A DNA stretch of 64,000 bases from Macrostomum lignano (Eukaryota). The number at the start of each line of letters is the position of its first letter. Within the stretch, counting starts at the first letter, position 1. Below the pieces are notes generated by a model. It was not told where the DNA came from and did no database searches. It saw only the letters and a list, made by a program, of their open reading frames with translations. The translations under genes were made by a program, and so were the position numbers. The stretch spans positions 186,001 to 250,000 of the forward strand of contig NIVC01001450.1 in assembly GCA_002269645.1 (NCBI GenBank). Reading direction: 5' to 3'. Below, piece by piece: positions 50,478 to 60,712 of the stretch.

Positions 50478-52026
50478 CAGTGTTGGGCACTTCCGTTACC
50501 GAGTAACTTGCAAATGGTAACGCAAGTTACTTTTTCGTAAAGCGTTCCTTACGCAAGTTACTTTTTTATTTTAGTAACGGAGTAACGGTAAGTTACTCAA
50601 ATTTCGGAAGTCCGTTACAGTTACTTTTCAACAATCGCCATATTTAAATTTAAAACTGAAATTCTTAGCTAGTACGCCGGTTGTCACATGTTTTTGCATT
50701 TTTCATTCCTAAATTCAAAATTAAGTAATAGTATCATATGGTATTGCGCTTAATTATTGAAGAAATACTTGAAACATGTTTTACTTTGTTAATTTCCGTA
50801 AAATATTTTCGCCTTTCATTTTCGATCGTTACTAAAAATTTTCTAGGTTTGATTCAAACAAAAAACCAAAGAAAGAAATTCATCTGTAGCCTCCACAAGT
50901 CCCTCCACTGGCACTGCAGTACCAAGGACGACTTAAGTAGAAGGACGGGAAACCTCGTTTCTTAGAAAAGTTTTGAAGGCACTTTTTCCCGAAAAAATAC
51001 ACTACGGAGATAGGAAGTTTTCATTTTTTCAGCACAAAAATTGTTATTGCGTTTGATAGGAGGCAGATCCAGTGTTCATCTTTTGATATGTTGTGCCTTT
51101 TTTATTGCTCTATCGATATTTATAAAGCTTTTCGTTCAGAGAATTGGGATTCTATGTTAATTTTTTATTCTACGTATATTTTCGCGTGTCTTGTGCTTGA
51201 AATACATTAGAATGCCACGGCTCGGCTCTTTAGCTTCATGAGTCTTTTTTATAATTCTTACCCGACTGTGTAGCAAATATTTGTAACAGAGATGATAAAA
51301 TAGGTTCATAAAACCAAATATTGGAGCTGTGTCATGCATTTTTGTGATTTTTAGATACAGGAAATATACGTAGAATAAAAAATTAACATAGAATCCTAAT
51401 TTTCTGAACGAAAAGCTTTAAAAATATCGATAGAGCAATAAAAAAGGCACAACATATCAAAAGATGAACACTGGATCTGCCTCCTATCAAACGCAATAAC
51501 AATTTTTGTGCTGAAAAAATGAAAACTTCCTATCTCCGTAGTGTATTTTTTCGGGAAAAAGTGCCTTCAAAACTTTTCTAAGAGGCGAGGTTTCCCGTCC
51601 TTCTGCTTGAGTCGTCCTTGTGCAGTACACTAGACCATTTTATACAGTTCTATTTATTTTACTCTATTGAATTTTTGATATTCGTTTATTTTATCATTTA
51701 TAATTTTAATTATTGATTGCCATTGCCCATTGGTCCTTCTACTTGCCTCACATCGTGTCGCCAATTCCTGTCTCTGTCTGTTAATCGGTTAATCCCAATG
51801 CCCAATGGCAAATTTCGGTAACAACAATGTGAAAAAATGTGCAATGTGAAAAAAGCAGAAAATTTTGTTAATAACATGGGTAACGGAAGTGAGTAACGGA
51901 CAGTAACTTAAAAGTTACCAGGTTTTTGTCTAAAGTTACTAGGCTAACGTAAGTTACTTTTTAAAAATTGGTAACTTAAGTTACAGTAACGCAAGTTACT
52001 TTTTTTGAGTAACTTGCCCAACACTG
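50478..52026. mobile_element. Non-autonomous hAT transposon with GTAAC/GTTAC subterminal repeats
   Basis: TIRs CAGTGTTGGGCA / TGCCCAACACTG; perfect 8-bp TSD CATGAAAT. Confidence 0.9.
50923..51620. mobile_element. Long-TIR MITE with CAAGG termini (P-superfamily-like), nested in the hAT element
   Basis: ~265-bp TIRs with only a few mismatches; perfect 8-bp TSD TGCAGTAC. Confidence 0.88.
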
Positions 52027-53096
52027 CATGAAATATTAGGCCTAAATTAATTTTTTTATAAAACTAATTAAATTATTGTTAACAATTTCTGGTTTTTAAT
52101 TTACTAATCTTGATGAAATTTATCTCTATCTATAGTGCATTTTGATTTTATTTCTATGTCTTTAGACTATAATATTTTATTGAGCCTAATAAAAAAACAA
52201 GTAATTAATTGAGTTATAAATCGAAATGAACTTCAAAATTTTTAAAATCTAGGCCTAGCAAATATCTGAGAGAGCAGTTCTAAAATGAGTTATATAAAAG
52301 GCCTCTACATTAGGTTGAGTGACAGTGTTGAATCCAACGGGTATGACTCATGTGTGAAATTCTCAGTGACTGCAGTCTGCAGGAGAGGACAGAAAGGGTC
52401 AACTTGTTCAAGTACCTATATTGAATCGATAAGCATATGAGGAAGCAAAGGATAAGCATAGTTGGTTTGGTGATTGCAGTAGTAGGTTAGTAACAAAGTG
52501 GGTCAGGCGAGACAGCCTGTTCGGCCAATAAAAGGTAAACGACCGTATATTTTGTTAACTGGCTTTGATCTTTGAGTGTGACTAACTAACCACGAATGGT
52601 TTCTATGAAATTGTTGATTTTGAATTTGCAAGATTTTAAATATTTACGGTATATAAAAGGAAAAGCGAAGAGAGCAAAAAACAAAGTACGAAGAGGAGGG
52701 ATAGCAATACATGTACCAGTAACATAAAAATGTTTTGTAATCAGTTAGTTTGTCGTAGTAAAATGCGATTGTATTTTGACCTTAATGGGTACACTTGTAG
52801 AAAAGCGGAACCCGAATTCAATGCAACTAAAAGATTATAATACACCACTTTAATCCATCCGATCCAATAAATAATTAAAATTTTCATTTGCCAAAATAAA
52901 AAGGAAAAAACAAAGGAAACGAAAGACAGGGACAAAAGTTTAAGACCGACACGATTCTCTTTCATGCAGTGTATGGGACACAGGATGTGAAGAGGGGAGA
53001 AATAAATAGAGGGGAGGGAATTAAGAAGGAGAGAGGAGAGAGAATAGAGAGAAGAGATGAGGAGAGAGAGGAGAGAGAATAGAGAGGGAGAGAAGG

Positions 53097-53375
53097 GGGC
53101 CGTAGCCCAGCGGTAGCGCAGCTGCTCTGGTGTGCCAGCGACCCAGGCTCGATTCCAAGTGCAGTCACATTAATTTGGGGCTGAATTGGAATCTCTGCTT
53201 GGCTCTGCTCGTGCAATAAACGGCCTTGAGAGCCAACCCCCAAGGCGCAGTGAAGTTTACATGCCTAAACGATAATATAAAGTTAAGGCCGCTGTACACT
53301 CCCTGTGTGAGTGTGTGCCTGCGTACGTATCCGCGCGCTTGTGTGCCTGCTCAGGGGAGTCGGCGGAATGGGCAG
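53097..53375 (+). mobile_element. tRNA-derived SINE, family B
   Basis: A box TAGCCCAGCGG, B-box-like GGCTCGATTCC; body GCCAACCCCCAAGGCGCAGTGAAG..GGAGTCGGCGGAATGGGCAGT shared with 59075-59217. Confidence 0.7.
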
Positions 53376-54322
53376 TAAGCCTGCGCTACAACTCAAAGGG
53401 CCCGAGGGTCGGATACAGAGGCTTAAGCTTTGCGGGTCGGAGTTTGCCGACCCCTGACGTACATGTAGACTCTCGTGGAGTTACCCCAGGTACATGTAGA
53501 AAGATCGGTTCTGAAGGGAAGGGTTTCACACGGGGTGATGACGTCAAAACACCGCGGCTGTAACCCTATTATTCTCGCATCCTCAACTCCCGTGGCAAAT
53601 GTCACCGGCTTCGAACTTGTCTTGACATTTCCTAAATAAGGAAGCTGTCAGATCCATGACAGATAATTAGAGGAGAAGGCACGGCTGCAATTCAAGTTTT
53701 TTCTAGATTCAAGTGGAAGTGAAAATCAATTTGTTATATAGATATTTTACTAAGCTGCAGCTGATACTGATATTTGTAATACGCGATACTACTTTATCAC
53801 TTCAAGCGCTGAACTAGCTCTGCTGTCGGTACTGATTAAGAAACTCAGAGGATGAGTCCAAATTGAAACATTTCAAAAACAGTGTTCGTTTTTATCAATG
53901 TGCTATACCCATAGGACGTGTTTTCAAGTGCCTCATCTACGTTACTACCTATACTACTGAGAGATCCTAAGGCTAGCATTAAATTGCAATTGGAGTCGGA
54001 ATGACAAATTTCTTCTGCTTATAAAATACCACAGTATGTAACTCAGTACATTTACCAGCTGTACTGAGGCAAGAGGATTAAAATAGAAACGCTCACTGTA
54101 GATTCAAAGTGCACGCGTTGGGCTGTGGCTGTACAGTAGGTGGCAGCGGGCGCGCACATAATAGCCAAGCGATTATGTCTCTCGCTTTCTACAAGGTACT
54201 AAAGCCAACTTAACTGGCGAGCGGTTATAATTAAGCATGAAATTTGCTGATAAGTAAGGTAATGCGTTAATCACTGCTACTTGCTCGCTAGAATAGCAAG
54301 GTACTCACGACTGCTGCTTACG

Positions 54323-57300
54323 ATGAGCATCAGCCTAGAGCATCTACGGCTGCTGTCGGCCTGCGAAATGGGAGACGTCCAAGAGGCACGTCGGCTACTG
54401 CTGGCGGGGGTTTCGCCCGAATGCTGCGAGGCCGACACCAGAGAGACTCCCGTCTACGTAGCTGCCAGGTGAGAACATCCCATTCTTATGCATTTCTGGG
54501 CTAAACAGAGGAGCAAAAACTGAATCGGAGGTTTGCTCATCATCCGCGCCCAGTCGTACTGCCCACAGCCGATGCAGGAGGTGCTATTGCTAACGCTGCA
54601 GGCACCCTACCGGCGGGGACAGGCACGCACTCGGCGTTTCGTCGACTGCCTGCTAGCTGACGCCGGCGCCCCGGATTCGGCTGGCGGCGTGGCGTTCATT
54701 CGCGGCCTGGCCTTGAAGCGCGCCCTGAGATGCTGACTGCGTATTCTGTTGTTGTTGTTATGCTTTAACAATAATTCTTTTAACCATCTTTTTCCTTAGA
54801 AAAAAGCCTTCGAGAGCTTCAGATAGCTTGAATGTCAAATTTCAAAGTCTAGAAGCTGGGAGCTATATTCCCATTTAGATTTTTTTGGTTTCGCTCCCAG
54901 CTGGTTTCTAATCTGCTGTTCTGTGATAAGATTTAAGATTGCAGTCGGCTTTGGGTTTTACAGGTGTCCTGCAAGGCTGGCTAAATACTATAGGGCTGGG
55001 AAACCAGCGGTTTGCTTATTTCCAACAACACAACAAAATACGCAATCAGATCTTCTAAAAACAACGTATGCAGCAGAACCTCCTGCATCGTCTGCAGAGA
55101 GTACCACGATATCACGCGCAGCGATCGCGTGACATCGCGTGTTGCGTTATTGCTCTGCCGTTACTCTGATAATTTTTGTAGCCAGGGTCTTTGGATTCTG
55201 GAAGAAGATAACAAAAAAGCCAACGTAGCCTTTAAAATAGAGAACTCGCGGCGACCCGCGAAAGCGTTTCGAGGTCGAATCGATTTTTTAACTGTCTTTA
55301 ATTTTCATAAGTAGTTGGCGGTATCAGGGTACGAGTAGTTAAGATAAATAAAATTGGCAAAAAATTCGTTTAAAAAGGATTTTAAAAACATCGATGCAGA
55401 GAAGGACACGCAAGAGTCGTCGACCTGCTGGCCCGTTTCGGAGCTGACATCGATCACACGGAGGTGGACGGCTTCAGTCCGCTATACATGGCCGCTCAGA
55501 ACGACCACTGCGCAGCTGCCGAGCGGCTGCTGGCGGCCCAGGCGGACGTGGACCTGCCGCAGCAAAACGGCGGAACCCCACTGCTCATCGCAACTCAGCA
55601 GGGCCACGGCGGCATGGTCCGGCGACTCATTCAGGCCAAAGCCGACGTAAATTGCGGTAACGTCAATGGCACAACGCCGCTGTACATTGCCTCGCAGTAC
55701 GGAAACGCAGGCCTCATCCAGCGGCTTTTGGACGCTGGCGCCGCGCCCGATCAGCCAGAAACCGACGGCACCGCGCCTCTGTGGGTCGCGGCTCAGAACG
55801 GACACTTCGAAGCGGTCGAGCGACTTGTGCAGGCCGGCTGCGAGCTGGATCCGCGCCGCCTCGAGACCCAGTCGACACCGCTGTTCATCGCAGCTGAGAA
55901 CAACAACCTGGACATTGTGGAGCTGCTGATCACGGCGGGAGCAAACACGGAACTGGCTGACTATCACAACCAGACGCCGCTGTACACGGCGGCATGGAGT
56001 GGCTATTTGTCCGTTGTTGAACGCCTGATCGAAGCTGGAGCCGCTGTCGATGTGGCGAGATCTGACGACGGCACAACCGCGCTGTTTCGCGCGGCGATTC
56101 GAGACCATGCGGCACTCGTTAAACGCCTGGCCGCCGCCGGGGCCAACGTCAACCACCCGGCAAGGAACGGTCACACCGTCCTGGTTGCCGTCTCTCTAAA
56201 AGGTGACGCAAAGATGGCGGCTCTGCTGCTACAGCTGGGCGCCGACGCAACTGTGGCGTGCGGAAATGAAAATCCGCCACTGACACCGCTTCGGGCGGCA
56301 GTCGAGTTCAATCGAGTGGCCGTGGTTCGAGTGCTGCTAGACGATGCTTCTGCCAAAGGACGGCGGTTCAACAACTGCGACGAAGCGTTTCGCCGCGACG
56401 CTCTGGACTGCACTAGACTGTCTCGGCGGAGAGGCTTGAGGGAGATCGCCAGCCAGCTGGGAGCGTTCTGGAACACGCGGCCTGTGACTCCGGGGCAGCA
56501 ACAGAGTCAAAGTTTGACGGTAGAGAGCAGGTGAAAATAGGAGCCTCTGAAATGTTTATACAACTTTTCCTTTTGGTGTTTCTCATAAAAAAATGAAACA
56601 GACATTTAATGGGTTTGATTTGGGTCAGCTAAATGTCATATTTTTGGTCGCATCCATACACTAGAGAGCACATTAGGACACTCAGAGAGTAAAAATTTCT
56701 TAGAACGCCTTATAACCAACTTTTACCAACTATTTCAGTAACATCACACAGTCAGGAGCGGCTGAACTCCGAGGACCTCAAAGCCTTCACGAAGCGTTCA
56801 ACGCTGCCGGTTTCACCAGCGATCGGGCGGCCTTCCAGTGCGCCATGTCGGACGTGCTCGAGGAGGTGATTCGCGGCCACAGGAACACCAGAGAAGTGAA
56901 CCTTGTGGGCAGCTACAGCGAGGGCTGGGGCAACAGCCTGGTTTCGCTGAACGGTCGCACGGACCCAGACTCAGATCTGGACATAACAGAGTTCTCGCAC
57001 AGGAGACTGTTCCACATTCGGGGCAGGTGTCGCTGCACTGAGCCCCAGGTGGAAGATGTCCTGGACTACGACAGGGGCCATGTGCTCTACGAAGGAGCCA
57101 GTAAGTTTGTTGTGTTCGGTTTTCGCTGCAAAAATAAAGTCGCACTAAAAAGTTCCGAAGATATGCAATAAAATTTTGATCGTTACCTGCAGGCTCCAAC
57201 CCGTCCCTGCCGGACAGAGGCTCCGATCTCAGGCCCGCCATGGACCTGGTGCCAGCGTTCGCTTGCTGCTCCTACCCGGATATTGCCGTTCTGCATCAGC

Positions 57301-58634
57301 AGGACACTTACCTGCCAAAGCTGCTGTTAGCCGAACTGCGAGCGGAGCTGTCGCGGCCTCGCTCCTGCCACCTGATCCGCGCCTCGGCTCCCGGTTTCGA
57401 GGCCAAGCAGATGCGGGTGAGCACGACCTTCTTGGAGAAACGGTTCATGCGCAGTCTCACCGCAGTCCAGGGACAGCTGTTCCTGACACTCAAGTTCCTC
57501 ATCAAGCGGGTCATTGGCAAGGAGCTGAATGTACACGGACTCAAGTCCTATCACGCAAAGACGCTCACGTTCCGCATGGTGACTAGCACGGAGCCAAGAC
57601 TGTGGCAGCCGGAGAACCTCAGGGAGCTGGTCTGTAGCGCTCTTGAGGATTTGCGCCACTGCTTGACCACCGCTCCGCCTGGCGAGTGCATGCCGCACTA
57701 CTTCATGCAGGACGCCCCGCTCTACCTGCGGCGGGGCAGCTCAGCCAAGGCCGAGGTGATCGCCGCTCTGGACAAGGTGAAGAGCAACTTGGCAATGTAC
57801 TTGTCCAGTCTGGCGTCACAACTGCAGCCACTGACGGATGCTCAGGCCAGCTTCCGGCTGCATCCGTTCACCTTGCTACCGATCTACCTGGTGCTGCCTT
57901 GGCCAGACGAAGGAGAGCTGCAGTACCACCACCTGTACGCTGTTGTTCGCAAGCTCGTGCTCGATCTGGGAGCGCCAAAAACTCCGAGGACTCAGGCCGA
58001 ATTGCAGGAGATGTACCGCCTGGCACAGCGACTGCCTTATTGCGCGCTCACCGCCCGCACCTGCCTACTCGCGCTGGCGCTGCTCCGAATGTCGCGTCCG
58101 TCAGAGGCAGCTCAGCAGCTGCGGCTCAGCCTGGGCTTCGAGAGGCGTCATCAGCGACCACTGCTGCGCAGCCTGCCGGTGGGCCTGGCCGCCGGGCAGG
58201 ACGACGGCGGCCGCGGCAACATCCGCCGCCTGCTGGAGACGACAGACTCGGCATGGCGGTTCTGCTTCTACTACGAGTCTCTGCCGGGCCCCAGCTTCCA
58301 CTACCTGCTGCCGAGTCCCAGCGCCTACGCTAGCTTCCCCTGCATCATGGCCAGCTACGAGAACTTCTTCTACGTAAACTTCGAGGCTCTGGCCAGATTG
58401 CTGATGTGCCAGCTGGCTCCGGACCTGCTGACTACCGCTGAGACGGACAGCTGGTTCCGGGAGCTGCAGACCGGCGACCCGGACTGGCTGGAGGTGGCCG
58501 TGCTCGCCCAGCACAGCCGCCGGCCTGAGCAGCTGAGGTGGGCGCTCAGCTGGCTGAGCAGTGCGCGGCCGGTGAGCCTCGAGATGCTGCGTGACATTCG
58601 ACAGAAGATCGATCGGCTGCTGGCACCGGAGTGA
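54323..58634 (+). CDS. Ankyrin-repeat plus Mab-21 (cGAS-like receptor) nucleotidyltransferase fusion, ~1026 aa, 4 exons
   Basis: Exons 54323-54468, 55400-56530, 56739-57100, 57193-58634; introns GT-AG in phases 2, 2, 1; 3081 nt open frame. About 11 ANK repeats (e.g. GTTPLYIASQYGN), then VGSYSEG, DSDLD and DLVPA NTase motifs and Mab-21 motifs RVSTTFLEKRFM, LKSYHAKTLTF, MPHYF. Confidence 0.85.
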
Positions 58635-58724
58635 TGGAGCTGCTGCGGCTTCAGCAGCTCGAAGCACCGAAGTCAGTGAAGCAATGAACAATATCAGACA
58701 TATTCGATCAATAATTGATTTATG

Positions 58725-58910
58725 ATAATTGATTACACATACCCTAATAGGCAGATGTGCAACCGACAGCTGATTTAACAGCTGAGTGAACTGAAGCAAT
58801 GCAGAGTTGAGCGTTCTGCTCGTGGACACAAATAGTTCCGAGTGGGTAGAGAATCGAACCCCCGACCTTTCAGTTGTGAGTCCGACGCTCTAATCACTAG
58901 ACTACAACTT
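58725..58910 (-). mobile_element. Internally deleted SINE family A copy
   Basis: Tail and tRNA-like head present, middle missing. Confidence 0.75.
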
Positions 58911-59074
58911 CCCCCAAGAACCCCTCAAAGCCCCGTTTGACTAATTTATTTCCCTGTCGTTCTGCGTACAGCACGCACGCTACGCCCACAGCCGATTCAA
59001 TAGCAGTACAAAATCAGATTGCGCGAAAACTTTTGTAGCTGGCGCAATCAACTCACTTGAGGGGCCAACCCCCA

Positions 59075-59217
59075 AGGCACAGTGAAGTGTACATGCCTAA
59101 CGATAAATAAAGTTAGGGCCCCTATACACTCCTGTGTGAGTTTGTGCCTGTGCGTATGACTGTGCACGTATCCGTGCGCTTGTGTGCCTGCTCAGAGGAG
59201 TCGGCGGAATGGGCAGT
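59075..59217 (+). mobile_element. SINE family B, 3' part
   Basis: High similarity to ~53228-53375. Confidence 0.7.
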
Positions 59218-59789
59218 GATGCCACTCGCCGGTTTTGGGCAATGTCACTCAAGAGACAAAGTCTTGAGAGAAATTATTCTTGTCTTGTCTTATTCTAGTC
59301 TTGAGAGATAATTTCACAACGATCGAAATTAAAATCTTAAAGTTAGATACTTCAAACTCTTCGATCGATTTTTAAACCAACCGACAGGTTTACAATTTTA
59401 AATAAAAAACCTTTCTGAGTCTTAGATGCAGAAATACGAGTACTCAGCAACTGCTAATCGATGCCTTTTCCCCATCATTTGACAGACAAAACACCTTATT
59501 CCTTGTCTAATAATTCTGTTAGACTTGCATGCATTCAAGGGTTCCCAGACCTAAGGGAGAGAAATGGACCTTTGCAGAGCTCTCATCGTTAGATTGGCAG
59601 CATGCAGGTAAAATTGAATAAACTGATCAGCACGAGGATGCGAACACAGGCCTAAAGGCTATCTCGTGTTTTTATCTAGCCATGTTATCTGCTGAAGGTG
59701 GCTGTTGTTCGAGTCTTTTATGCAATCGTTCTTTCAAAACTTTCATTAATTCATTATTGCGGAGGGGCTGCTCAACGCTCTTGGCGACA

Positions 59790-60008
59790 CCGTCCCGCAA
59801 CCAGCGCTGAGGCAATACACTCATGCACACGCTCACACAGGGTGTACAGCGGCTCTGACTTCCTGACCGTCAGGCATGTACACTCTCTCTGCACCTTAGT
59901 GGTTGGCCCTCATGGCTGCGAATCGCACGACAACCCCCGGGCCAATTCTCGTGCACAAGTCAAGTCCCAAGATACTGTGGCCGCGAGCGGAATCGAACCA
60001 GGGACTCT
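59790..60008 (-). mobile_element. SINE family B-related copy
   Basis: Reverse strand carries B box GGTTCGATTCC and GTGTACATGCCT..GCCGCTGTACACCCTGTGTGAG. Confidence 0.55.
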
Positions 60009-60712
60009 TTTTTATTGTAGCTACGCTCGTATAAATTGTTTTTTGAAAACTTTTTAAAAGCCTTTCATGAAAGCTCCTTAAAATTGAAATAATAAGCTAT
60101 ACATGTATGAATACCTGTCGCAGCTTGATTGTGTTTGAGCAGTCTTGCTGGACTGGGCAAGAGTTGCTAATTAGGCAGACATGGAAGCTTAAGAGAAATT
60201 GCAACTGCCTGAATTTTACCACCAGAAATGCATTAAGGGTTCTTTGTAGAATTTGATGACATTTTGTGCTTCTCGGCTCCCGATGCAATCTTCCATTCTC
60301 TGCTACACCTGGCGAGTGCCTGAGGCTGGCAGCTCTGATGGGTTCTCAGACAGGCTGCTCACGCTCAGCAAACACAATGGGAGCTGAACCCAGAGCAGGT
60401 GAAATTCTCTAGCAAAAATATTCAAAGAAGCCAGGCAAGGAGAGAGAAGGCAGCTGCAAATACGCAGTTTTTGGCTAAACAGTGCCTCGATGCCGTTCCC
60501 ATGGTGACTGCTAGTGAGACAGCTTTAGACATGATATAACTTTTTAAACAACTGAGTTCCACCAATCATTAGGGCGATGAGGAGTAGCGGAGTCTGAGTG
60601 GCAGCTGAGGCCAGTTAAAGCTGGAAACTCACGCAATTTCCACACGCGGCGCAGCGTTTTTGTTTTCTTGAAGCCAGCCTAAAATTAGACAAACTTTTTC
60701 ATTGCTGCCGGA

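Noticed and set aside
55464-58634. Ankyrin ORF and Mab-21 ORFs as two or three separate genes
   Set aside because: Phase-compatible canonical splice sites join them, and neither Mab-21 ORF alone contains the whole catalytic core
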